DNA of 64,000 nucleotides from Clostridia bacterium (GCA_050952525.1 JBMNLC010000002.1:128831-192830), one strand, 5' to 3'. Positions 36,938-47,797 are shown, counted from the stretch's first letter. Numbers and translations are program-made. Notes: a model not told the origin generated them from the sequence alone.

Positions 36938-38599
36938 TTACTTTATCTTGAGAGAGGAAAGGATCCTCTGAAGGAGCTTCTTTTCCCGGTATTGGTTGAA
37001 GGCAAGCTGCAAATCCATGAGTTCCCCTTCGAAGTTTCGCAGTGAGGCTGCCAGCTGCTGCAGCTCTGCTTCACTTTGATAAACACGATTCAGGGATTCT
37101 TCTGTTTCCCTTTGGAGGGTATAGAGGACGGATTCCATTTCATTAAAGCGTCTTTCCAGAGAATCATAGCTATACAGTCTATTCTCTTGTTGCTCCATTT
37201 CCCGGAGCAGCTCTTGGAGCTTTTTCCTAAGGACACCCAGCCCTTCTATATCCTGAAGCAGTTCCGAAAGATATTGACTGCGATTCCGGTCATATACTTC
37301 AGCGGAGTCTTTTTGTACCGATGTTTGAGGTTTTTCCATATCATGATGATTGCCGGAAGACCGCGTACTCCGTGAAAACAGCTCTTGATCCGATATTTCT
37401 TCTTCCTGCTTCTCCATTCTTCTCATTTCCGCTTCTGCAGAAGGTTCAGTCTTGCTGGATAAATCATCAGCAGGATTGGCTTCTTCTGCTTCAAAGGAAG
37501 AATTCATCCGGTCATTCGTTCCATAATCGTATGTGTATGAAGCTGTCTTCCTATGGGGACTGATATGGATATCAGGGTCCGGTAATGCGATATGGAAGAG
37601 AGGATCGCCGTCTGCAAAAAGATAAAGGGTTTTCAGCCTGTTTGTTTCATCTTCCTTGTTGCTCAGATATCGATACAGATAGATATTCCTGTTGCCAATC
37701 TCATGGATCATTTCCGTGCTGCCCCAATGATTTCTCTCTTTGTGCCAGGAGCTTCCCCTGATTTGGTTGTTCTGGACCCATAGTACCCATAAACGGCGGT
37801 TGGCTATGCTGAGGATGGGGTATATACAATTGGAGAAGCCATCTGAGATCTTTTCTGCCTTCCGGAAGGAGGCCCGAAGGGAGAAAAGGCTTTTCTTACA
37901 ATAATATACATGCATATTGGCATCTGCGAGGGCGGACCAGCAGAAATGGATATTGCCTTCATCGTCGACCAGGAGGGAAGGGTATGCACAGTCCTCCCGG
38001 CTGTTTGATATGTTTTCAGGGGTAGACCAGATGGAGTAATCTTCCGTAAAGCGGGTGTAGTAAATTTGAAAGTGATGTTCATCCATCCCTCTATAGCATA
38101 GATGAATATCCCCCTCATAGGTATCAATTTGAAAGCTGCCGATATGTTTCCCGCCAGTGAACCTGCAGATTTCATACTGGGACCAGGCATTTCCATTCCA
38201 ATAGTAATGAAAAAGGGACCAGAGTCCTACATTAAAAGCAGTACCCATGGCGAAAATCACATGGATTTTCTGGCTTGCAGCAAGGATGGTGGGATACCGG
38301 ATAATGTGCTTAGTCGGTTCAAAGCTGGACAAAACCTGGCTGCTCCATCTGGTTCCATTATAGCGCATATAACGGAGTTCACCCTTTTTCGTCTGGTAGA
38401 TCAGATGGATATGGTCCTTGTCGTCCACTCCCGCTGAGAAATCTTCCATTGCTTCAGGAGCCAGACTCTGTTCAGCGGACCATTCCTGGTCCTCATTCAA
38501 GATTCGATATTGAATCCCCTTATTTCGAGTATGCCAGAACTGCCATAGTACACCGCTGTTTAGTTTTAATAAAGTCTGATTGCTCTGTTGAAAGCCCAT
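36938..38599 (-). CDS. hypothetical protein: N-terminal repeated beta-propeller-like region + acidic linker + C-terminal coiled coil
   Basis: 553 aa. Recurring blades DHIHLIYQTKKGELRYMRY / QKIHVIFAMG / GDIHLCYRGMDEHHFQIYYTRF / GNIHFCWSALADANMHVYYCKK / RLWVLWVQNNQIRGSSW. The C-terminal ~130 aa are heptad-rich. No signal peptide. Confidence 0.6.
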   Translation of the reverse strand: MGFQQSNQTLLKLNSGVLWQFWHTRNKGIQYRILNEDQEWSAEQSLAPEAMEDFSAGVDDKDHIHLIYQTKKGELRYMRYNGTRWSSQVLSSFEPTKHIIRYPTILAASQKIHVIFAMGTAFNVGLWSLFHYYWNGNAWSQYEICRFTGGKHIGSFQIDTYEGDIHLCYRGMDEHHFQIYYTRFTEDYSIWSTPENISNSREDCAYPSLLVDDEGNIHFCWSALADANMHVYYCKKSLFSLRASFRKAEKISDGFSNCIYPILSIANRRLWVLWVQNNQIRGSSWHKERNHWGSTEMIHEIGNRNIYLYRYLSNKEDETNRLKTLYLFADGDPLFHIALPDPDIHISPHRKTASYTYDYGTNDRMNSSFEAEEANPADDLSSKTEPSAEAEMRRMEKQEEEISDQELFSRSTRSSGNHHDMEKPQTSVQKDSAEVYDRNRSQYLSELLQDIEGLGVLRKKLQELLREMEQQENRLYSYDSLERRFNEMESVLYTLQRETEESLNRVYQSEAELQQLAASLRNFEGELMDLQLAFNQYREKKLLQRILSSLKIK

Positions 38600-38812
38600 A
38601 ATCGATCACCCTTTTTTAGCGCCGATTGTTTTTGACAACCCGGTAAACAGCTTGACTTACAAATTCCCTAATAATGTATATGCAGGAAGGACTTTTTTTT
38701 TCCTGTTTACGGTAGTTTTTGTAACACTTTTTCATGGGAAGTATATATTAGTCATAGGGAATTGTATTAAGCTTTATTGTTGGTTTCCTATTACATAAAA
38801 GGGGGTCGGCAG

Positions 38813-39448
38813 ATGGATTTGGAAAGGGATTTATTCCATGAATTTGAAGAAGATTTTCAAGATACCGAGCAAAACCTTATATCTGAATGCATTATGGTAG
38901 ACAAGGTGTTTGATTCCTGCTTTCAGAGGAAGTGTGAGCCCTCTAAGGCTGTGACTCTGCCGGATGGAGGATCTTATACCTTTGATTCTATTGTTTTTTA
39001 TCCTGGCATGATCGTGGATGGCAGCTTGGAGATTACACCTGTTCGGTTAAACTTCTCTCGAGTCCAGTTTTGTATGAGGGTACCTTTTTCACTGACAATT
39101 CGGGATATGACAGCTGATATGGAGCATGTGATAAATGATCATGTGGAATTTTGTGAGGACCTGGAAATGTATATGCCCAAGGGACCATCGGAGTTTTCCT
39201 TCGATATCGTCCTGGAAACCAGATCCCAATTGTTAAAGGTCGATATCGTAGAAAAACAGGCTATGTTAGCCATTGGGACCTTTGCGGTTGTCAAGGTTGT
39301 AGGGAAGGTCCAACTACAGGTTCTAAGCTATGGATATTGTCCCCAGCCAAGAGAATATGTAGAGCCCCAGGAGGAGGATGTGCGCAAAAGGTTTGAAGGC
39401 CAGCCCTTCCCCCCCGAATTTTTCCCACCCCACACAGAAGATGTATAA
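38813..39448 (+). CDS. hypothetical Cys-containing protein, paralog of 57109..57762
   Basis: SD AAAGGGGG + ATG 38813. Shares the motifs I/VxVxKV(F/Y)D(S/A)C(F/L)Q, (Y/F)G(Y/F)C and a terminal FPP with the 57.1-kb gene. Has its own terminator. Confidence 0.6.
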   Translation: MDLERDLFHEFEEDFQDTEQNLISECIMVDKVFDSCFQRKCEPSKAVTLPDGGSYTFDSIVFYPGMIVDGSLEITPVRLNFSRVQFCMRVPFSLTIRDMTADMEHVINDHVEFCEDLEMYMPKGPSEFSFDIVLETRSQLLKVDIVEKQAMLAIGTFAVVKVVGKVQLQVLSYGYCPQPREYVEPQEEDVRKRFEGQPFPPEFFPPHTEDV

Positions 39449-39457
39449 CGAATGAAG

Positions 39458-39486
39458 AGGGCTGTTTACAAAACAGCCCTTATTCT
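39458..39486 (+). terminator. rho-independent terminator
   Basis: AGGGCTGTTT-ACA-AAACAGCCCT followed by TATTCT. Confidence 0.65.
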
Positions 39487-39552
39487 ATGCAGATTTTTTG
39501 CTGATATGTACCGGACGTCGAAAATGAGTTCACCGGTTAAAGGAGGAGAAAT

Positions 39553-40560
39553 ATGGAATACGGGAGCTATTACAAGGGGAAGAATGTATTGATCACAGGG
39601 GGATTGGGGTTTATTGGAAGCAATTTAGCCATAGCTCTGACGGAGATGGGAAGCCATGTGATCATCATGGATAACAACCTGGAGGGCCATGGAGGGAATG
39701 CTTACAATATTGCCCCCATTCATGATCGTGTTGAACTGCATATAACGGATCTACGGAATGGAGATATGACCATGGCCTTGGTAAAGGGGGTGGATATCAT
39801 TTTTCATCTGGCTGCCCATACTCATTCCTTGGCCAGTCTAAAGAGGCCTTTCGTAGATCTGGATATCAACTGTGTTGGAACTTTGATTTTGCTGCAGTCC
39901 TGCCGGCGCAACAATCCGGGGGTTCGGCTGGTTTATGGAGGGTCCCGCTTGAACCCCTACTGGTTGCGGGAAGGATCTTCACTTGGCAGGAGGGGGATGG
40001 AGATTCCGGATCTTACTCAGATCCATAAAATGGCTGGGGAGTTATACCATCGGGTATACCATCAACAGGGGATTATCGCATATACGGCTTTGCGTTTAGG
40101 TCATCTATACGGTCCCAGAGCATCCGTACACAGGGAAAGTGCCGGTTTTCTAAACTGGCTGATCTATCAGGCTGTTCAGGATAAGGAGATCGAATTGCCT
40201 AAGGATGAAGGAATGGAATTTGATTATGTATATATAAAAGATATCGTCGATGCTTTCGTGATAGCTGGGGCGAATGAAAGTACCATCGGTAAAAGTTATG
40301 ACATCCGTGGACAGGAACGAAGGTCGCCCTTTGAGCTGGCAAAGCAGGTAGCGGATGTCCTTGGCAAGAAGCTGACCAGCCCTGAGGAAGATATTGCAGA
40401 TCAGAAAGAGATCCAAAAGGCTGCATTCCTCCAAGAAGAACAGCTTTTTAGTATGGATACCGGCTGGAAGCCCAGGGTGGACTTGGCGGAGGGGATCGGG
40501 GAGACAGCAAGCTTTTATGAGAGCCATAAAAGGGAGTATTGGAAAGGGGCGCCGGAATAA
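39553..40560 (+). CDS. NAD-dependent epimerase/dehydratase (extended SDR), with a locally aberrant catalytic segment
   Basis: VLITGGLGFIGSNL Rossmann motif and a typical extended-SDR length. The expected YxxxK is absent in the annotated frame (..DLTQIHKMAGE) but present in an alternative frame (see findings). Confidence 0.7.
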   Translation: MEYGSYYKGKNVLITGGLGFIGSNLAIALTEMGSHVIIMDNNLEGHGGNAYNIAPIHDRVELHITDLRNGDMTMALVKGVDIIFHLAAHTHSLASLKRPFVDLDINCVGTLILLQSCRRNNPGVRLVYGGSRLNPYWLREGSSLGRRGMEIPDLTQIHKMAGELYHRVYHQQGIIAYTALRLGHLYGPRASVHRESAGFLNWLIYQAVQDKEIELPKDEGMEFDYVYIKDIVDAFVIAGANESTIGKSYDIRGQERRSPFELAKQVADVLGKKLTSPEEDIADQKEIQKAAFLQEEQLFSMDTGWKPRVDLAEGIGETASFYESHKREYWKGAPE

Positions 40561-40687
40561 GATCCATAGCTTTCTGGAATATATACTATCCCAATTGTCA
40601 ATTTTATTGTATAATACCAATAGCATCAGCGCGCATGTAAAATTATGTAATATTTCTTCAAACCATATGAATACCTGGAGGCGTGAT

Positions 40688-41326
40688 GTGAAAAACCAAG
40701 AAAAACATTATGATGAAATACTCGCTATACTTGAAAAGGAATACCCGGATGCAACGACTGCCCTCCATCACCGTTCACCCTTTGAACTGCTGGTCGCAAC
40801 CATCTTATCGGCTCAGTGTACCGATAAGCAGGTGAATAAGGTGACGGAAGAGCTCTTTCAAAAGTATAACACACCCGAAGATTTTGCAGCCTTAGATCAG
40901 GGGATCCTGGAGGGATTGATTAGAAGCTGCGGATTTTATAAGACAAAGGCCCGTAACATTATCAAGACATCTCAGATTTTAGTGAGGCAGTATCGATCCA
41001 AGGTGCCGGATGAGCTTGATGCGCTTCAGAAATTGCCCGGTGTAGGCAGAAAAACCGCCAATGTGGTGGTAAGCAATGCTTTCGGCAAGGATGCCATTGC
41101 AGTGGATACCCATGTTTTTCGGGTGAGCAACCGATTGGGACTGGCAACAGCGAAGGATGTATTCGAAACCGAGAAGCAGTTAATGGAAAATATCCCTCAG
41201 GAGAAATGGTCCCGCGCCCATCACTGGCTGATTTATCATGGTCGGAGAGTTTGTACTGCCCGGAATCCCAAATGCGGGATTTGTCCGCTAAAGGAGTATT
41301 GCAGGTATTATCAGGATCATAAGTAG
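40688..41326 (+). CDS. nth: endonuclease III
   Basis: FELLVATILSAQCTD, LPGVGRKTANVV (HhH-GPD), AVDTHV, C-terminal CTARNPKCGICPLKEYC 4Fe-4S loop. GTG 40688 follows GGAGG; the ORF track opens much further upstream. Confidence 0.9.
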   Translation: MKNQEKHYDEILAILEKEYPDATTALHHRSPFELLVATILSAQCTDKQVNKVTEELFQKYNTPEDFAALDQGILEGLIRSCGFYKTKARNIIKTSQILVRQYRSKVPDELDALQKLPGVGRKTANVVVSNAFGKDAIAVDTHVFRVSNRLGLATAKDVFETEKQLMENIPQEKWSRAHHWLIYHGRRVCTARNPKCGICPLKEYCRYYQDHK

Positions 41327-41584
41327 CCGTATTTTTTGTGGAAGAACATAGCAATGGTTGTGCAGGATGATCTGATGACCGTCTTTATCCCAATTATTTT
41401 CAGAATATTTCGAACAAAAACAGGACAAGTTACAAGCTTATCATGTCATAAAAAAGCTCCATCCGACTTGATCCAAACACAGCAATAATATCAACTATAT
41501 ACGCAATATGATGCCTGTCAAAATGCAAGCATTTGTGTTAAAATGGGAAAAATGAAGTCACACGGAGAACAAGGAGGAGCACTG

Positions 41585-42412
41585 TTGAAGGTTTTTGCGT
41601 TAGTCGGTGCCAGTGGTACGGGAAAAAGCTATCACGCAACCTCTTTTGCTGCCGATAAGAATATCGATTATATCATTGATGACGGTCTTTTGATATCCGG
41701 GCATAAGGTCATTGCCGGATTTTCAGCGAAAAAGGAGATCACGAAGATTGGAGCGATACGCAGGGCCCTTTTTATGGATCCAGGGCATGCGGAGGAAGTT
41801 AGAAATGCCCTTCAGAAATGCCATGCTGATAAGTTACTTATCCTGGGCACATCCAGGAGCATGGCCGATCGGATTGCAAAGAATCTGAACCTGCCCCAGA
41901 TTTCGGAGTATATTTCGATTGAGGAGATCGCCAGCCCACGGGAAATCCATTTGGCCCGAAGGATGAGGATGGAGGAGGGCAAACATATTATTCCGGTCCC
42001 TACCTTTGAAATTAAAAAGGATTTTTCAGGCTATTTCATTCATCCCCTTCGAATATTCCAGAAGGGAAAAAACCGAGACAGCCAGTACACGGAAAAAACG
42101 GTTGTGCGTCCTACTTACAGCTATATGGGCCGTTACTATATCTCTGATTTAACTGTGGAGGCAATCGCTCAATACAATTGTATGAAGGTAGAGGGAATTC
42201 ATAGGGTTATCAAATCAAGGGTCGCCTCCTACAAGGATGGGGTGCTAATTGATTTGGACGTTTCCCTTATCTACGGGAGAAAAATTCAAGAGATACTAAA
42301 GGAAGCTCAGAAACTGGTCGCAGTCGACGTCGAAAATCTCACCGGCTTAAATGTTCTTCAGGTCAATCTGACAGCCAGGACAATTGTGATGAGAGCAGAA
42401 GACAGAAATTGA
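41585..42412 (+). CDS. P-loop NTPase domain fused to an Asp23/Gls24-like (alkaline-shock) domain
   Basis: TTG 41585 sits 5 nt after AAGGAGGAG. LKVFALVGASGTGKS Walker A. The C-terminal YYISDLTVEAIAQYNCMKVEGIHRV..VLIDLDVSLIYGRKIQEILKEAQKLV..VENLTGLNVLQVNL resembles Asp23-family proteins. Confidence 0.6.
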   Translation: MKVFALVGASGTGKSYHATSFAADKNIDYIIDDGLLISGHKVIAGFSAKKEITKIGAIRRALFMDPGHAEEVRNALQKCHADKLLILGTSRSMADRIAKNLNLPQISEYISIEEIASPREIHLARRMRMEEGKHIIPVPTFEIKKDFSGYFIHPLRIFQKGKNRDSQYTEKTVVRPTYSYMGRYYISDLTVEAIAQYNCMKVEGIHRVIKSRVASYKDGVLIDLDVSLIYGRKIQEILKEAQKLVAVDVENLTGLNVLQVNLTARTIVMRAEDRN

Positions 42413-42437
42413 TAATTCTTTGAAAGGGGGTTTTGTT

Positions 42438-44668
<2,231 letters not shown>

Positions 44669-44678
44669 AAAGGAACTG

Positions 44679-44705
44679 AAAAAAGCAGCTTATGCTGCTT
44701 TTTTT
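44679..44705 (+). terminator. rho-independent terminator after nfnB
   Basis: A-run, AGCAGC-TTAT-GCTGCT stem-loop, then T7. Confidence 0.75.
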
Positions 44706-44765
44706 ATTGAATGGATGGTTTGATTTCAACGGGAAATAGGCATAATACATTATAGAAAATCTTGG

Positions 44766-44794
44766 TTGTTTTTTTGATTTGAAATTGGTATAAT
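44766..44794 (+). promoter_or_regulatory. sigma-A-type promoter for obg
   Basis: TTGTTT (-35) - 17 nt - TGgTATAAT (extended -10), ending 18 nt upstream of the obg ATG. Confidence 0.55.
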
Positions 44795-44812
44795 CTTAGC
44801 GGATGTGATGAC

Positions 44813-46084
44813 ATGTTTGTAGATTTAGCAAAAGTGTACTTAAAAGCGGGAAATGGAGGGGATGGCGCAGTTTCCTTCAGAAGAGAGAAGTATATACCCA
44901 ATGGCGGCCCCGACGGAGGAGATGGAGGGAATGGGGGAAATATCGTTTTTGTAGTAGACAAGGGTATGCATACCCTCATGGATTTTCGCCATCGACGCTC
45001 CTATAAAGCTCAGGACGGTGAAAATGGCGGGAAAGCGAATCGCAAGGGAAAAGACGGTGATGATCTCATTATAAAGGTACCGCCGGGTACTTTGGTGAAG
45101 GACTTTGAGACAGGACGGGTTATTGCTGACCTACACCGGTCGGATACTCCCCGTGTGATCCTCCGGGGAGGAAGGGGAGGGAAAGGAAATGCCCGTTTCG
45201 CAACGGCTACACGCCAGGCCCCCAGATTTGCCCACAGGGGTGAAAAAGGGCAGGAGGTGTGGGTAGTCCTTGAACTCAAATCAATAGCAGATGTTGGTTT
45301 GATCGGGTTCCCAAATGTAGGGAAATCCACCATCCTTTCTGTTTTGACTGCAGCACGACCCAAAATTGCAGATTACCATTTCACGACCATAAAGCCCAAT
45401 CTCGGAGTGGTTTACCAAGATGGGAAAAGCTTTATCCTGGCGGATATACCCGGTTTGGTAGAAGGGGCCCATGAAGGTGCAGGTCTTGGTCTTGACTTTC
45501 TCCGTCATATTGAGCGGACCCGCGTTTTCATTCACGTCCTGGATGCTTCGGGGTATGAGGGGCGGGATCCTCTGAATGATTTTTACAAAATCAATGAGGA
45601 ACTGTTTCAGTACAAGGCTGAACTCTGCGATCGCCCCCAAGTGATTGCTGCCAATAAAATGGATATTCCCGGGGCAGAGGAAAAAATCCAGCGCATCCGG
45701 GAAGAACTGGAGAAAAAGAGCTATAAGGTTTTTCCTGTTTCAGCCGTTACCGGAAAGGGTTTGAGGGAATTGGTATGGGAGATTGTGAGCATACTGGATA
45801 CCCTTCCGCCCTTGGAGCCATTCGAAGAGGAATGGGAACTTCCGGATGCTGAACAAGAGACTGATACCGGCTTTGAGATTGCTGTTGAAGAGGGCGTGTA
45901 TGTTGTAACCGGACCGCTGGTTGACAGAATCTTGAGCCGTGTGAATCTGGATGACTACGATTCTTTTAACTATTTTCAGCGGCAGCTTAGAAGACATGGG
46001 ATTATCGACTCTTTGAGGGAGAAGGGGATTACAGATCAAGATTTGGTACGAATGGGAGAAATCGAATTTGAGTTTATGGATTAA
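44813..46084 (+). CDS. obg: GTPase Obg/CgtA
   Basis: MFVDLAKVYLKAGNGGDGAVSFRREKY..GGPDGGDGGNGG Obg-fold; GFPNVGKST (G1), DIPGLVEGA (G3), NKMD (G4); C-terminal OCT-like domain. Confidence 0.95.
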   Translation: MFVDLAKVYLKAGNGGDGAVSFRREKYIPNGGPDGGDGGNGGNIVFVVDKGMHTLMDFRHRRSYKAQDGENGGKANRKGKDGDDLIIKVPPGTLVKDFETGRVIADLHRSDTPRVILRGGRGGKGNARFATATRQAPRFAHRGEKGQEVWVVLELKSIADVGLIGFPNVGKSTILSVLTAARPKIADYHFTTIKPNLGVVYQDGKSFILADIPGLVEGAHEGAGLGLDFLRHIERTRVFIHVLDASGYEGRDPLNDFYKINEELFQYKAELCDRPQVIAANKMDIPGAEEKIQRIREELEKKSYKVFPVSAVTGKGLRELVWEIVSILDTLPPLEPFEEEWELPDAEQETDTGFEIAVEEGVYVVTGPLVDRILSRVNLDDYDSFNYFQRQLRRHGIIDSLREKGITDQDLVRMGEIEFEFMD

Positions 46085-46113
46085 ATATAGGAACTGGGGG
46101 GCAATCTCTTAGT

Positions 46114-46296
46114 ATGGAGTGCATGAACTGCAATAATTGCAAAACCGGACAAGTCACCTATTATTGTCCAGCCCAGAATGATTTTGTCATTTCCAAGGAG
46201 AATACAAAGGTCATTGAAAAGGTAAGGAGCGGTTGGAAAAAGGGAGATCCGGAATATGAACTTCATCGGCGCAGGAATCGCAAAGAATTGGAATGA
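46114..46296 (+). CDS. small Cys-rich (zinc-ribbon-like) hypothetical protein
   Basis: MECMNCNNCKTGQVTYYCP, a CxxCxxC...C pattern. Lies between obg and yhbY. Start could be ATG 46123 (GGAG upstream). Confidence 0.35.
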   Translation: MECMNCNNCKTGQVTYYCPAQNDFVISKENTKVIEKVRSGWKKGDPEYELHRRRNRKELE

Positions 46297-46306
46297 TTTT
46301 ACAGGA

Positions 46307-46329
46307 GGGGGCAGAGGATATCTGCCCCC
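46307..46329 (+). other. GC-rich hairpin (possible attenuator, processing or stabiliser element) upstream of yhbY
   Basis: GGGGGCAGA-GGATA-TCTGCCCCC, a perfect 9-bp stem. It is followed by ATATAATATTT rather than a clean U-tract. TATAAT lies at 46331-46336. Confidence 0.4.
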
Positions 46330-46352
46330 ATATAATATTTAGGAGGAGGAAC

Positions 46353-46643
46353 ATGATTACCAGTAAACAACGAAGTTATTTACGGTCTCTGGGAAACAAC
46401 ATTGAACCGATATTCCAAATTGGCAAGGGAGGCATTAATGAAAATCTTATTCAACAGGTCAAAGACGCCCTGGAAGCCAGAGAGCTAATAAAAATTACGG
46501 TTCTAAAAAACTCTCTTCTCGATACCAGGGAAACCTGTGATAAATTGGCGAAACTGGTGGGGGCAGAGCCTGTTCAAGTAATTGGCAATCGCTTTATTTT
46601 ATACAAGCAGTCCAAGAAAAACCAAAGGATTTTCTTGCAGTAA
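46353..46643 (+). CDS. yhbY: YhbY-family (CRM-domain) RNA-binding protein
   Basis: MITSKQRSYLRSLGNNIEPIFQIGKGGINENLIQQVKDALEARELIKITVL. SD AGGAGGAGG before ATG 46353. Confidence 0.85.
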   Translation: MITSKQRSYLRSLGNNIEPIFQIGKGGINENLIQQVKDALEARELIKITVLKNSLLDTRETCDKLAKLVGAEPVQVIGNRFILYKQSKKNQRIFLQ

Positions 46644-46663
46644 GCTTGGCATATGAACAGGTC

Positions 46664-47584
46664 TTATTCTTCTTTTGTCACGAAAGGGGTTGGATAGGAC
46701 GGACCCCTTTTCTTCTTTTTTTGGCTTTGCAAGAAAGTTACGGCGGATAGGGCAAAACAAATCATGGCCAGTATGGGATAATAAGTGGTGAGGCCGGTAA
46801 CAAAGGCAGCAACGGATAAAACCACACCATACAGGGCATAGCTTCGCGACTTTTGAGGCAGAAGGATCTCCTCCTTTAATCTCTTCCGATTAGCCTGCTG
46901 GGCATGAAGCTGCCTGATCATATACGCGTCAATCTCCTGCTCGTCCGGTAAAAGGTTTTTACTTTCCATAAGCTCGACAAGCTTATCCTTATCCATTAAG
47001 GTAATCAGAACATCATTTTTTTCTTCTGCCTCCATTATGGCGGATTCTGAGAAAAGGGAGGTCGTGACCAGAATACCCCATTGGCAGTGGTGCTCTTTGA
47101 CCTCACTGCGGAATTCCGAAACATCAGTATACTGTATTTCTATTTTCGGCGCCCGCTGGAAGGCTTTTAGCAGAAAAGAGCTTCCTTTGCGTTGCCCCGT
47201 AAAAAGCTGCCCTTTTCTTTTTATATCCTTATATTCCGGGTTTAGATTTATCAAGGTGAAAAGGGATTCCTGAAAGGATGCCTGGTCCATGGTTATAAGC
47301 TTTTCTAAGGCCAGCTTTTTTCCGTATTCCCTACGCTTTTCATCCAGAATCCGCATGAGTCGTATCCGTTTCAGGAGATATAGAGCCAGAGAGATGAGAA
47401 CGGTCAGTACAGTGGATAGGATAATGGACAAGCCTATGTACCGGGTTTGATAGAGAAACCAAAGATAGCTTGTAAAAAGGATAATAAGATGCAGGAAAAA
47501 GTTGTCCATCATCCGGGCAAAGGTATTACGATTTCCAAAGAGTTCTGCTTTGCAGGCATTCAGTAACAGTTTGTTTTCATTCAT
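46664..47584 (-). CDS. membrane protein with a central restriction-endonuclease-like (Mrr_cat-type) domain
   Basis: Two N-terminal and two C-terminal TM helices. The central segment FLLKAFQRAPKIEIQYTDVSEFRSEVKEHHCQWGILVTTSLFSESA resembles the Mrr catalytic-fold core. ATG 47584 follows AAGGAAGG. Confidence 0.5.
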   Translation of the reverse strand: MNENKLLLNACKAELFGNRNTFARMMDNFFLHLIILFTSYLWFLYQTRYIGLSIILSTVLTVLISLALYLLKRIRLMRILDEKRREYGKKLALEKLITMDQASFQESLFTLINLNPEYKDIKRKGQLFTGQRKGSSFLLKAFQRAPKIEIQYTDVSEFRSEVKEHHCQWGILVTTSLFSESAIMEAEEKNDVLITLMDKDKLVELMESKNLLPDEQEIDAYMIRQLHAQQANRKRLKEEILLPQKSRSYALYGVVLSVAAFVTGLTTYYPILAMICFALSAVTFLQSQKKKKRGPSYPTPFVTKEE

Positions 47585-47663
47585 TGCTATACCTTCCTTT
47601 CGTTCCATATTTTTCCCCAAAATCTGTCCTTATATTCAAATCCGAAGCCTCCTTTTTCCTCTG

Positions 47664-47692
47664 TTGATTTCCGATCATCTGCGTGTTATACT
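47664..47692 (+). promoter_or_regulatory. sigma-A-type promoter for nadD-yqeK-rsfS
   Basis: TTGATT - 17 nt - TGtTATACT (extended -10). Confidence 0.55.
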
Positions 47693-47797
47693 CGATTAGG
47701 TACAAGAAGATGACCAGGAAAAGGCAGATCATACAACGAATTTCAGATCTCCGGAAAACTCGATAAAAGCCATCGACACAGCTATTAAAAGCAAAGG

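Noticed and set aside
41327-41542. The 216-nt non-coding region (and similar gaps at 33479-33784, 51772-52003, 56913-57108) read as sites of tRNA, sRNA or riboswitch genes.
   Set aside because: I could find no tRNA-like T-arm or acceptor pairing and no conserved riboswitch cores by eye. Only promoter-like hexamers are present. A covariance-model scan would be needed to say more.
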